From positions 3,505,320 through 3,569,319 of the forward strand of contig CAJINV010000004.1 in the NCBI GenBank assembly GCA_905178155.1: DNA of 64,000 nt, written 5' to 3'. Origin of the DNA: Amoebophrya sp. A120. Taxonomy: Eukaryota; Protista; Dinoflagellata. Position numbers and translations under genes: made by a program. Below are positions 22,901 through 36,300 of the stretch, piece by piece. The notes beneath the pieces were generated by a model. It saw nothing but the letters and a program-made list of their open reading frames with translations, did not search any database and had not been told where the DNA came from. Numbering within the stretch: position 1 is the stretch's first letter; each line of letters starts with the position of its first letter.

Positions 22901-24057
22901 TTTCCCGCCACAGACACGTTTGGAGTCCGTACCTCTTCCCGCTTCACAACAGGCACGTAGCTTCGCGATTGCTCGTCCAGCGCAAAAGTCAAAGTACCGC
23001 ACTATTCTTAAGGTCAATCCGGATAACAAGAAATCTCATTGGCATTTGTCATGCTAAGGCCAATTTGTATGATGTAATGCAATTCATATTAGTAGAAGTA
23101 GAAGCGTAGCGATACTTACTTTTACAATCCATATTGCTGTGGTTGCTGCAACTGCGCAAAGCTCGTAAACGTCGCGCCTGTATTTCTATCGAGTTGAAAA
23201 GTGCCCCAGCCCCAGAATATGGAATTGTTTTCGTTGCAAAATTTCCCAACGGAAACCTGATTTGCCGCCTTGCATGTGCTGTCAGCAGCGTAACAAGAAC
23301 AACTTTCCCAGTCAGAATAGCAATAAAGAAAAGCCCAGCACACGGGGGGGGGCCTGTCATGTAGGGACTGCTTTGCGCACCTGCAACCTGCATCACGGAA
23401 AACCTTCGCCCAAGCATGCAATCCCTTTGGAAACCTTGCAACACAAATATTTGAAACTTCTGGAACGGGGGCACTTTTCAATATGTTATTGTTTTGTGCT
23501 TTTCAACAAGGTACCGGTAGAGGAAAGCGCAGGGAAAAAATCAAAAAGACGCGTAACATACTTACATACCCCACGTCGTCCTCCTTGGAGCTGTTTTCAT
23601 GTAGGTGCAGCACGGGATGATACTTACATAGATACGTGAAAAAAAACCCGTTTGAAACAAAAAAAACTACGGCCTGGTCCGGCGTTTCCCTGCGGCATCA
23701 GCCCCGCGGCGGGTCGGGTCTGCGGAGGCGGTACGAAACTCAGCGTCTGCCGTGCTATCAACTGTAAAAATGTCTGGGTCTGGAAGAATTCATGTTTGTC
23801 ATGCTTGTCTGGCATGACTCTTAAATCTGTCATGCACGTTACCCAAACGCTCCGTTTCTCTGTGATGCAGAAGCGCAGTTTGTCACGCAGACAAGGCAAC
23901 ACCTAGGAGCTCAGAAACTTGTCATGCTGAGCCAGCATTTGTAGCCGCATCATGAGACGCCACCCAGCATCACAAGTTTCCAGACCCAGACATTTTTACT
24001 TTTGATACGTGCGGGCTGCGGCATAAACCGCATCGGCTGCATCATGGTGAGAGCCAT
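19977..24057 (-). CDS. Hypothetical protein, multi-exon, with several decayed introners
   Basis: Exon pieces MALTMMQPMRFMPQPAR/QTLSFVPPPQTRP, PTLPQCFQRIVFFDPEGLIIQDG, IHCTCPRVELSNMEFVSK...EIRAFLKHATNELL and terminal EILPDEEIAARVVQPKDFIDALAVVKFFLDEM*. The start and internal structure are uncertain. Confidence 0.45.
21686..21730. repeat. Short tandem repeat, 18-bp unit x about 2.5 (CTGCTCGGCTGCACCGCA)
   Basis: Direct inspection; reads PSSAVQ repeats on the minus strand. Confidence 0.8.
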
Positions 24058-25265
24058 ACTGGTACTTACTATCCACGGGAGATACCGAGCCCGGTCTGGA
24101 ACAGTGCAATAACCACTTTTCGGTAAAAACACGTTCCGGTGACAAGTCCACGCGCTCTAGCAGACGCTCTAGCAGACGCAGGGACTGCGGCGCGCATCAT
24201 GTGTAAACCCGTCCCCATCGAAGTGGCATGTCGAAAAGGTTTCTCATGCGCAATCGCAAACCCAGGAGCAGCATTCTATAAATTCATCTGAAAAGTTGCA
24301 GTGCTCTAAGGAGGATAAAGAGCATGGTGAATTTGTTCTGTGCCTGCTCTAGCTAAACACAACTGCACTGGGTGCCCAGACTTGTCATGCGTTGCCCAAA
24401 GTAGACCCTCGTTGGTTTGTGTAGAAAAGAAGTCGCCATCTTGACTCTGCGGCGGGAACGGTTTTACACAGGATATTTACCGCGGATTTTCCATGACGCT
24501 TCTTTCAGTTACTGGCACCGACGAAAAGCTATACTTGTGTTGTTGAATATTCAGAAACGCACACAAATTCTGCAACGACACTCTGTAGTTCAAGCAGCCA
24601 CCCACAACTACATGCTAGTGTCTCCTCAAGTTCTTGTGCTGGCTTCTTATTACAGCACTTTTGCGGTTCGCATCTTAAATTTTCACACAAAAAACAAAGA
24701 CGGACGAAAGCAACCACCCTTGGAAAAAGTACGTACAAATATGGCAGCGTATACTTTCACCATAGACGCTAGCACGACACAGCTACACTCCTGACACACA
24801 TTCTACCCTTCTTTTTCTGCACTTCTTCCCTTTCCGCAAGACAAGAAGCACCAGGATGAACACGTAGGAGCGACAAGCAAAAACCCTTGTTCATCTGCAT
24901 GACCACACTTCCTTGTGCTCCTGGTCCTGCATCGCACGTGCGATACTTCAACGCTATTATTTTTTCGGGATTTATTGCAATCTGCGCAGAAGTGGATCTG
25001 CTCTGGCACTTCTCTAGAAGTTTTGTTCTTGGGCATCGAAGAACAGTGGATTTCGATTTCCTCGTTTGCGCGTTATGAAGGCGATAGCACTTTGCTGGTG
25101 CTGGTGAAAAGGAGGTCCTTTATTCTCTTCATTTTGATGTGCAGCAGGAACATGGAGGTTCTATTTCAGTACCAGTAGTGAACTAAAATCTAGTGACCAC
25201 ATCATATATTCAACTCCAGCAGCGCAAGAATGGTAGTAAGAATAATTGTTCCCACTGACTAGTAC

Positions 25266-28200
25266 TTACTTTCCCTTCCCCTTGCCCCAGCCTTTCTTCT
25301 TGCCTTTCCCGCCGCCCCCGCCGCCGCCCTTGCTGTTTGGAACGCGATTCCGCTTACCGCCTTTCTTGCCGACGCCGCCCTGGCCGTTGGGCAGGTTGAC
25401 CTCCGCGGGACCCTCGGGGGGGTTGAACGGCACGGGGATCTTCACCGTGGTCTGCGGGAAGGGCATTAGGTCGAAACCCAGGTGCTCGAACGTCTTGCGC
25501 AGCCGGTGCTTGTCCTGGATCTCCAGGTCGTTTATGGAAGCGTCAGGACCGAAATCGTCAAAGTTGAAATGATTTGTCATGCATAAAATGCGACTCAGAA
25601 ACTGCCTGTCTTGCCGAGTAGGTACGTGGGGCAGATTGTAAGCCCGTTGAGGGGTAAGCACTGAGCTGCTAAAGTAGCACGACAAGAGGCGTCTTCCTTA
25701 CCCAAACAGCGCTACAAACTGGATTTCAGCTCTACCCAAATTTGTCATGCGCCACTTGAAAACTAGATGCCGAGTGGTATCCGTTTTATGCATAGCAAAT
25801 TATTGCAACTCTGACGATTTCGATCCTGACACTCCCATATCGTTTTCCAGCGACATGTACTGAAACCCGGCGGCCGGGTTGTGCTGCATACAGAACAGGG
25901 AGAGAAACAAAACCAGCTATCCTATGTAAAAACGTCCCCTACCCATAGTCAAGATGGAGAATCGGCTAGACAAGTCCACAAGTTTTGGTTGTTTCGCATG
26001 ACAAATTTGAACTCGTAGCGTTGTGCTGTTTGAGCTAGTTCAGCAGCATCACAGATCTAGTATATCATGCTGATTGAAGCATGACAAATTCCAAAACACA
26101 AATAGAAAATGCTTCTCATCGGGCTCTGCATGATAGACATTTTCAGCATGCAGACTTGCATTACAACTATGGGGTGGGGACGTTTTTAAATACGATACCA
26201 GCTTCTGTTTGTTCAGCGCGCACTGCTCCACGTTCTGGCTCTCCTCGAACTCGTCCACGAACGTGTCCAGGCTAATCTTGTCGTAGAAGGTGTCGATCAG
26301 GTGACTTTTCAGCGCGTCGTCAATGTGGAACCGGTGGGCGTCGATCAGGTCGTCGATCTTCTTCTGCAGCTTCAACGCCTTCTGCTTCGCGAGCGCGGCC
26401 TTCTTCTCCTTCATTTTCCCCGCCGAGTCGCCCTCGTCGCTGCTGTTCATCCCGGCCTCCGAATTATCTTCCTCGTCGCTCACGATGTTGTTGTCGTCAT
26501 TTAGCTATCCTGTGCAAAAGTATCGCACTCGTAGTAATTGCAGTCATGCATTACAAATCTGGCTCCCAAGGCAATAAATCAGCATGACAAATTCCATTTG
26601 TCATGCTGAGCGAATTTGTATTGCAATTACTACTAGTACGATACTTTTGCAATTCATATTAGCTTGAGCATCTTGGTTTTCCCATTCAGCTCCCCTTCCA
26701 GCTTTTCCTGCAGTTCCTCATTCAGCCGTTTCTCCTTTAGCAGTTTCTGCTTTCTCGCATATGCCGTAGAACTGGTGTAGGCCTCGTCAAAGATTTTGAA
26801 TTTCATCTTGCACTCCCGTTTCGATCCCGCGAACGAGAACTGCTTGTCCGTGTACATGGCGACGAGGATCCGGATCAGCGCGCCCATGCAGGCCACATTC
26901 GCGGCGTCCTCCTCGGTTTTTACCTGGTACTTTTCGTGGTGCCGCCGCGCGGAGATCATCTCGTAGGCTGCGTTATGCATGGCAAATATGTCTGGGTCTG
27001 GAAGGATGCGAACTTGTGATGCGCATTTCACAACACACATAAATCTCTCATGCAGAGGCAGCAAGGGAGGCGCGTCTCCTGTCACCAAAATGGGGGATTT
27101 GTCATGCGAATTAGGCAATGCGAAAGATTCTCGAAATCTGTGATGCTAGGGCTTCCATGACAGACCTTCTGTGTCATGCAAAAACAGCATGACAAAAATC
27201 TGCACTGTTCCAGACCCAGACATATTTGCATTTGATACGCGTGCGACCCGCAGGCGTCCCGCAGCTTGCTGTCGTCGAGTCGCTGGGTGAGGCACCGGAC
27301 CAGCGTGTTCTTCTTCTCCAGCTTATCAAAAGGAAAAATCCCCCCACCCCATATCAAAACGAAGTTTCAGATGCTGGATTTGCGTGCACAAATTAGATTT
27401 GTCTTGCTGGCGAGGACTACAGGCCCATATGAAGCCTGAGTAGGCAGGTTTTGGCCTAGGCGCTTAGCATGGCAGACGTCTACGCTGTAGCTAAAACAGC
27501 ATGACAAACCGCCTGTAGAATGCGGCGGAGCTTGTGGAGTTGCCTTCATGCAACACAGAGACGATTTGTGACCTCAAATCAGCAACACAAATTTTCGGCA
27601 ATATACCTTTTCAATATGGGGAGGGGGGATTTTTCCTGTTAATACAGCTTGATGCGCGCACGGAGCAGCTTCAGCGGGAAGACCTGCGGGAATGGGTGGC
27701 AGTAGTGTTTAAGTTTTGGTAAAATCAATGCATTTATTTTATCAACATCGATTTGGCTCTGGAAATACCAAATATGCGCATAAGAACCTGTGACGCAGGT
27801 ACTTTTTATGCCGGAGCTTCGCTACTAGCGTACCATACCTCTACAAGCGCCGTGGACGTCTGCCCGACAGCATCGGCAGCGACGCCTAACGACCCTCGCC
27901 GTGTCAGAACATACGAGGAGGGTGGTAAAAATAAAGCGGTGTGATGCTAATGCTGGAGGTGGGGACAAGCACCAGGAACAGTGATTTTGCAGCATGAGGA
28001 TCAAAAAAATTATAGTTGCCCATAATTTGATGTTCTACTACTACGACCAGAAAGAGCTTTTTGCTGTGGGAGAAGCGGTCCTGCTTGAGACGCAGTTTCA
28101 TATACCTTTTCCAGTCCCTTTTTGAAGACGTCGTGGCGCTTCTCGCAGCTGTTGTCCCACTCGGGCAGGTATGCATTGCAAAAGTATTGTACTTAGTAAA

Positions 28201-31200
28201 ACAAAAAATTTTTGCATAATGCTCAGCAAGAGGGGGTCATGGTGAATCCCCTAAAGAAAGAAACCCGGTTTTTCATGCAGATGAAGAACTGCAAAAATTT
28301 ATTATCAAACGAGTACGATACTTTCGCAATGATGCATAGCAGGTATTTCTTTACGTTGTGCACGAAGGGGTTTTTGTCTTCCACCTTCGTGCCCAGTTGC
28401 TGCTCCTCCCGCTTGGCGACCTTTTCCAAGTGCTTCGTCATTTCCTCGATGTCGCCCTCCATCCGGGCGTCGGAGACTTCTTTGCCCTTGGCATCTGTCG
28501 TGTGGTGGATCGGTAATTACAAAAATAACTAACTACACACTGAGTACGAAAACGCAGGAGCGGCTCGCCAACATCAAAAAATAAACACAGAATTTTTCTT
28601 CTCTACGGCATATGTAATATACCAGATCCAAGACAAAACTAAACCACAGCGAGCAGGTCGTGGCAGACGTGATAGAGATAGGCAAGAGCAAGACCAAAAG
28701 CTAGAAATATAAAATCAATGTACTCTTCAGCTTCCTTAAACGTTTGGCCGCCGCAAACATGCCGTGGAACTCGTTCATGCGGTCCAGCCGGTCCTCGGCG
28801 GTCAAATCCTTCAAATTCGTGGCGTATTCCAGCATGTTCTCCTCGTAATCCTTCCCCTTGTGGTCCTTGATGGTGGCCCGCACGTTGTGGGCTTCGGTCG
28901 GGAAGAGAAACAGAGGGTATGCAATTGCAAATATCAATCTGGGTCGGAAGAAAAAATTCTGTAGCGATAAACAATTTGTGTTGCTGTAGTTTCTTGCATG
29001 TTGTTGACAGAGTGACGCTTTGCACACACACGGTCATATGAACGGATCACAAATCATATTTTTCGGCTGGTAATATTCTTGCAGTTTCATCGGGTTCGAG
29101 GACCGTGCTTGTTTGCATGAGACAAATATAATTATGAGTTCTTTTACAGCATGCATGTGACGAAAACACTCGCCCTCACACTCAGTCGTATTCATGCCTT
29201 AAATAAATACAGATTTTGCATGTACAGATTTCCAGACCCAGACATGATATTTGCAATGCATAGTGCCGTCGTCATTTCGATCTTCGTCCCGCACCGGTCT
29301 ACTTCCGGAGCGGGAACTTCAACCGCCGTACTGGTGTTCAACGTCTTTTGCTGGTCTTTATCTTTCTTGCGCTTCTTCGCGCTCGGGCCTGCTCCTCCGT
29401 CTACTTGGGCGGAGGACTCCGCCGCAGCTCCTTTCTTGTTTCTTGCCTCCAGGTCGTTCATGTACCTATCCTCGGTTTCCGAATCGAAAATGCCCCAGTC
29501 CAGCTTACTCGTGGGCAGTTCGACCAGAGCGCCGACGAAGAGCCGGCTAGCGTGGCTCTCGGTCAATTTGGAGTCGCAGTCCGAGACGTTATTGGTGGGC
29601 CGTTTCGGGAGTTTTCGCATTTCCCGCAGATTCTGCACCTTATCGGAGAAAGATTTTAAATTTTCGGCCTTCGATACTGGCAGCGTGTTCTTGTTTACCG
29701 CGGACGTGTAGACAATCTTCTTTCTCCCGTTGGGACTGTCCTCAAAAGGAGAGCTGCCATCCTCCGCGTCATTGTCCACCCATTTGCCGACCAACTTCAG
29801 ATCTTGCGTGCCCTGCAGCATCCGCTGAAACCGGGTGTTGTGCGCGAAATCCGCGGTGTTTACCTCCAGCGGGCACTGCATCTGCGCCAAGGGAAGCACG
29901 TTCTCCCTGGACATGCCCGCAGGGAGCACGTAGATCGGAATCTTCCGGTTTTCAAATTTCTTTCTCTCCGCTTTGTGGGCGGCAATCTGATCGGGGAAAA
30001 AGGAAGGCGCGGCTCCGGTTGTCGAACTACAGGGGGTCGTCTTGAAGGATTTTTTCTTGTTCAAAACTGCACCAGACGAGCTGCTATTACCCTCGCCGCC
30101 CGCTGCGGCTCCTGCGGCCGAGTCCGTGTTTTCATCATCAAATAACCTATCGTAGTATTCCAGCGCGGCCGGCTTCGTCTTCGCGTTCAGAACCGCGCCA
30201 CTGTCGCCGAAGACGCGCAGATTCTCGCGCATCTCCCCGCCGGCGACCGCTCCCCAGTTGTGCGAGGGACAGAGTCCCTTCTGCGCAAAGTCAACCACCC
30301 CCTGAATTTGCGTCGGGCAAAGAACTATGCATTGCAAACATGGACCTGGCGGGTCTGAAACAATAAGAGTGGAAATGGAGGTAGGCACTAAATCGGTCAT
30401 GTCTTGCCTGCTGCCTAGAAATAATCTGTATTGCATGAGCAGCGAAGTCGCGCTGGACCTCCAGCTTTCAATAAATATGCAAATAATTCCAGAATAAACT
30501 TGTGATCCTCGGCTGCCCTTGATGCAAGGAAGCGTTGCAATCGAGAGCAACATTGTTCATCATGATCACAGCTGGTTTATTTTTCCACACGTGAACTACC
30601 CAGACGAGATCTACGTGTTTGCACAATGCGTAAGAAGGTTCGCGCGCTCGCTACTGCCGTCCGGGACGGCGGGAAGCAATAGGACGTAGCTGTTCGCTTC
30701 CAGATTTTTGTTGTTCCCCGAACAATTTCTCTTCGCAGCTGCTTCACCCTGCCCGCTTGTAGAGGATGTACTGCCAGTAGCAGAACTATTATTTCGCACC
30801 GCGGCGGTGAACTGCAGTTCGTTTTTCACCACCTCGCCCGCCTTCCGCGACTTTTCCTCCAGCTTTTTCACGATCTTCTCCGCCTTTTCGTGGATCTTCG
30901 TCTCACCACTCAGCTGCTCGCCCTCGGCAATTTCGGCCTGCAACTTTTCGGACAGGTTCTCCAAATACTCCCCCTCGTGGGGAAACTGCGTGTGCAGAAA
31001 GAGCGCCGGCCGCTGCTCCTTGGCGAGCTGCTGCAGGTCGTGCGTGTTGGTGTTCATCGTCGTGTTGTTCCTGCTAGTAGGTTTGCTGCTGGAGGAGGTC
31101 GAGGCCGGATTTTTGTTTTTCGATGGTTTATTTGTACCAATTTTATTCCCCAGCACGTCCTCGTCGCTTGGGAAAAGGTCAACATCCTCGTCGTCCAAGA

Positions 31201-31468
31201 GCTCCGCGCTATTATTCATCTCGCCCGCTTCTTCCACCTTCGTGCGCCACTCTAAGCAGGCCTCCCCGCTGCGGTTGAGCAGGAGCTCCGGGGCCTGGGC
31301 CGCGTTCAGGCGGAACACGTAATAGGAATGGACCTTTGTCCGCGTGGACCGCAGCAGCGGGGGCAGCTGGTTGGACTCCAAAATCTCGCGGCTGGTTCCC
31401 TTTCCTGCGCCGCCGCCCAGCCGCATCTTGAACACGTCCGCCACACTGTCGCTGTTCAGAGCCAACAT
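25266..31468 (-). CDS. Large hypothetical protein with acidic/basic low-complexity tracts and a G/K-rich C-terminal tail
   Basis: ORFs 30611-31468, 29192-30553 and 28701-29027 join in frame after element+5 removal (ANLL/CPTQIQG; EMTTA/LFLFPTEAH). ORFs 28223-28462, 26654-27118, 26049-26483 and 25266-25685 follow on the same strand and end GGGKGKKKGWGKGKGK*. Confidence 0.7.
25533..25839. mobile_element. Introner family J (TIR TATGGRAGYGTCAGGATCGAAATCG), TSD TCGTT
   Basis: A second, highly similar copy lies at 8620-8927 (TSD TCCCT). This family lacks the A-run at TIR position 11. Confidence 0.9.
26506..26658. mobile_element. Introner family F (TIR TATCCTGTGCAAAAGTATCGCACTCGTA), short, TSD TTAGC
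   Basis: Other copies: 11183-11308 (TSD GGTGT), 13695-14241, 28170-28338 (TSD GCAGG), 36372-36525, 46576-46750, 48679-48813, 54380-54533 (TSD CTAGA). Confidence 0.92.
27324..27644. mobile_element. Introner family G (TIR TATCAAAAGGAAAAATCCCCCC.CCCCATAT), TSD CAGCT
   Basis: Other copies: 870-1242, 12018-12329, 16736-17061 (TSD CGCCC), 33455-33762, 63898 to the window end. Confidence 0.9.
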
Positions 31469-33342
31469 GATATTTTTCGAGGTGATATAGTACTAGTAAG
31501 TAGCCTGGGTAAAATAAATGGAGAACAAGTGATCCTCTGCTTACTTTCTATTGCTTCCTTTCAATAACACGACGTGGTAAAAACTTACATGGGCTTGGCT
31601 TCGAATCAGACCTCATCTTTCACTGTCAGAAAAGATAGCAAATGGAATGATCAGGAGGGCTTATCTTTTGGATCAAGGCGCTTCTTCGACTAAGTCAGAT
31701 CGACGGCTGAAGATCGGCGGCTGAAGGGTCTTGATCTCAACATTAACGTCGCAAGGTCTTGATCACCATTCTTTTGTGACACGATCATCTCATTAAAAGG
31801 CAGCGTCTTACAACTTCTCTGCATGGAAGTACAACTTTCCACACCTCCAACACTTTTTTTTCTTCGGATCACACTACTTACCAAAAAAACCCCATGTCAC
31901 GATTCAACACCATCACGATTCAAGCTTGGATCACGAACTGTATCTCCTCTTGTTTTTTGGGGCATTTCGAGGATCTTCACGGCCCTCACCGCAGCCACTT
32001 TTTCTGATCTTGCTCAGGTGACTGGTCCTCAATTTATCTACTTCCGGGAGGTCATCACGCGCTTGGTCTGGTGCGTTTGATCCACCTCTTCCATACACTA
32101 ATGGTGATCGTAGGTTAGGAGAGTGCAAGAAGATCTTCGTGAGCGATAAAAAACTACGGTAGCAAAACAATAACAAAGATCGGTCGTCCTGGATCATCCT
32201 CATAATTTCTGATCCTGACACGTCGTCCGGAGAGCAACTAGATCGTTGTCGCTTTCGAAGCTGACTTCTTGGTCTTCAACAAGGACGTTCAGAAAAGCAG
32301 AAGCAGGAATGAACAGCCTGCGAACCTTTGGCCCTCCAAGTTTGTGATCACGCTGCGGGGCAGGCTTCGTCAGAACTTTTCTATGACGAGCCATGGCAAG
32401 AATCTCGCATGCCACCTTTTTATGCTTATGGGTTCAGGGGGGCTTTTCCTGCTATTTGAGGGTACTTAAAAACAGGGGAAAATAAAATCTTTCACCGCGA
32501 TGTCGCTACGTCGTCTTACTGTGCTGGAAACAAGCAAGGATCTACTTCGGGTACTGTAGTCGGGTCGGAATCAGCTTTATTTCGCATAGACATGTTGTAG
32601 CTCCTGTAGTGGCAACAGAAACTCGTCGCCGGCACGGGTGGTCAGCACAGCAAAGCAAGGCACCCTTTTTGTGAGTAGAGCCCGTGTCCTCGCACGGCGG
32701 ACTTTAGAAGGAGCTGCGTTTGCTTAAGACTTTTTGTACTACGGCTCGCAATTATATGCTATTCATTTTTTTAACATTATCTCCTGCTGTCAGACTAGAT
32801 AAACTCACGATACTGCGTACCGCTCCGTCCTTTTCTGGACGAAGATTTTGGTGACTTACAAAGACTATAAAAACTGTGAATGTGTTGAATTTGCTATAAA
32901 ACTGAGATAATACCAAAGAAGACTTGTGAAAGAAAGAGACTAGTATTTTCAAACTATTCAGAGGTGTTTCGCGTCGCATCCATGGCTGCTCGTCTAGTAC
33001 TGTCGCTAAATTGCGATCTTCGCTAGAAGATGCGGTTGTCGCTGTTTCGCCTTCGATCCGCGAGAAAAGAGTCTCTTCATGTTGAAACTCTTTTATACTC
33101 GCTTCCTACTGCAGCATGAGTTCGGTTAGCTCGCTATCCAAGCAAAAAAAGATGCGTACGTGTAACTTTTTGGAAGGAACAGCATGACACATCTGCCTGG
33201 AATGACCGCAAAAACCTCGCCCTGTCATGCGCGGATAGTAAGCACGCGAAAAATAAGTCCAGGAATGGGCCCTGCAAGAATGCATGACAAGCATGACAGG
33301 CACCGGTACTACTAGTGTGTTGCGCATCGTCACAAAGCTACA

Positions 33343-36300
33343 CTAGCACGAGTCTTTTTTTTCTTCCATATTCGGTTTCCCATTTTTGATCAGCTCGTCA
33401 ACTGCGTCCTTGGCAAGGAAAGCAGCCTGCTGCACTTCCAGATGCGCCTCAGGGTATCAGAAAGAAAAATGATCCCCTTCTTCCCCACATTAAAAGAGCA
33501 GTTTCTGATGCTGTTGAACTTGCGTACAGGAATCAGTCTTGCAGTGAGAGACCGCAAGATGGATCCTCAGTCTGGGAACTACGGCGCTTACGTCAAGTCG
33601 CTGCGCATCGCAGACGCCTGCCCTGTAGGTTAGCTGTACGTCATGCGGCCGACTAGCTGCATGTGGGGGGTTGCTTTCTCGCAAGACAGGGCTGATTTGT
33701 GTACTACACAATAAATCAGCATTACAAACTATGGTGGGGAAGGGGGATTTTTCCTCCTGATACGGAGGTGAGTTTCTCCAGGACCGGCCGGACTTCCTTG
33801 GTGACGTAGTCCAGTGTTACGGTCGTGTCCTTGCAAAAGGAAGGGGCGAGCTTGCCTGTTGTTGTTTTTAAAGTTTTGATATTGATGTATCTTTTCAGTA
33901 CTACCTTAAGAATAAGAATTAATTCGGTTCGTGGTGATGAATTTCAGAGAAAAGGCACTAAATGTGAAAAAACTATTAACAAACATCAATACAAGCTCGG
34001 TATTTCACGTTGGGCACGACGTCGTTCAGCGCCTTTATGAGCAGGGGTCCCAGCATCGATTCCGTTTGTGCGGCTGACAGCACTTCACCCAGGGGTACCA
34101 CGGTCTGCAGAACCGTGAGCCGGATGCAGTGTCCGGACTTCTGGGAAAACCTGATAGATAAGGGCCACGCTTGTTGAAGGAATGTAAATCTCCAACAGTT
34201 CTTGTCTCGACCTTTTTTTCTTCTCCCGCACAACAGAATGAATTCTTCATACTGGTTTTCGACTGTAGCCTCATACCGGTGATCTACTACTTCCAGGGTC
34301 GTCGTGAGACTAGTATCTAATATCATCAAAGTGGTAGTAAGTAAGTTGCTGTAGGTACTACTATTGGTCACGAGACCATTATACCATGAAAATAACTAGC
34401 AACAAAACTACAGTCCACTATACTCGTTGAGCAGAGTTGGTATGAAGGTGCCCGTCGCCCACTCGTTGCCAAAGTGCTTGCAGAAGTGCGCGCACTGGTC
34501 CACGGCGGCCATGCGGACGGCGTGCACCGAATCCTTCAGCGCTTTCGTGTATGATTTGCAAATATCTCTGGACTTCTTCTATCTAATGCTGTCTAAAGCC
34601 GGTTTTTTGTAATGCCAAACACGACTAAACTCGCGCGATGAAGCATCGGAGATGAACTTCCCATGCTTCTCGGTCATGCAGGCCTCCGGCAACCTGCAAA
34701 GATCACCATGACAATGTGTCTGCATCTTTTCAGAACCAGACATATTATGTGCTGTTGATATCATGAAGATAGACTCGATTCGCTGGAAGTTTTCCAGCCC
34801 GAAATTCTTCGCCAGCGCGGGCAGCATCTCGACCACTGTGCGCCGGATCCGCCAGTGCTTGTCCATAATTACCCCGTTGATTCCATTCAGCAAGCTGTGC
34901 GCCGCGGCGTCCTGGGGCCCAAGCAGCGTGCACACGTCGGTCGCGAAAATCACCATATGCAGCCGCATGTGAATTGCAAAAATGTCTGGCTCTGGAAGGT
35001 TGGAACTTGTGATGCTAAATTTGGACTCTAAAAAAATATGTATTGCATGACCAGCAAGAGAAGTCTAGTCTGTGCTACGCGGGGAGGGCGTTTTTCATGC
35101 GCAGTAGGCATCAGGAAGCCCTCTAAAAATCTGCGAGGCTAGGTCGTGCAGTACAGACATCCTTGGTCATGCAAAACATGCATGACAAGTCTCAGAACCT
35201 GCCAGACCCAGACACTTTTGCGATCCATACCGCACGTCGTGGCACTCATCCTTGATCAGGTCCGAGACGAAATTCAGGAGCAGTTTCTGTAGTTGGGATT
35301 TGGGATGCTGGTTAAAAGGACTATGCATCTCTGTGGCTATTTGTTCTCCAAATAAGCTAGGGCTTGCATCCTAGAATTTTTATTTTAGTCTTAGTCATGC
35401 AAAAACAGCATAAGAGACATCTGCCTTCCTGGGGTATTTACAAAGCAAACATGTTCGATTTTTATACCTGTGTCATGTCTCGGCCGAGCTTCTTCCCGGT
35501 CGGCCCGATGATTTTTGCTACCGCAGCACAACTATGGACACTACAAAAGCTTGGGCTACCCGGTAAACGAGTCGGAGTCGTGCGTGATGCAAAAACGGAT
35601 ACATTTGGTCACTGCAAGAGGCAACTCTGACCCAGTGTGAAGGTGCTGAAGTACTAGAGCTCCACAGCAGCAGCTGATGACAAGAACGACGTCACTTTGG
35701 AATCGTAACTATCGGTCGTAGTGAAAGCCAATCAGTCGGTGTATCAATGTCAAGAAGCCCTTCGAAACTCACTCCCGCAGCAGGCTGCGAGAGATATTAA
35801 AGCAACAATAGATGATTGGAGCATGCAAATAAATCCACAGCAGACTTCCGCGTCGCACGACTACTTTTCACCTTCCCCAAGCTTGTTGATTTTCCAATCC
35901 CATACCGCACGTGCTGACTGTTGTCAAGCGCCAGAATTTGGAAGTAGTTGACCACGTAGCTCTGAATCTGGTTATGCATTGCAAATAGGTCTGCGCCTGG
36001 AATAAAATACTAGCAAATAACCTGTGACGACGCTATTTAACTCGCGAGGACCACTTCTACACAAAAATTTGTATTGCATCAGCTCCAGCAAAAGAAAGTG
36101 GTCCGCTTCTTGTTACGAGAAGAGTGAATTTCGATTTCCTATGCGAGGAGCTAGGCATCGAGAAGTACTTAGCCTGCCAAAACCTGTACTTAAAAATGCT
36201 TCTGTGTGCATTTCAGATCATCGGCTTGATGCAAAAAAACTGCATGACAAGAAAGCAAGCGTGTGCATCAATTTTATTCCTAGCCTGGACATATTTTCAT

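Noticed and set aside
24190-24494. Using stop codons in decayed TSDs to pin the exact splice position within the 5-bp repeat
   Set aside because: It depends on uncertain reading frames, and the cases I tried gave conflicting positions.
31663-31677. TTTTGGATCAAG resembling the 3' end of the dinoflagellate spliced leader
   Set aside because: Short, mismatched and on the strand opposite the adjacent gene.
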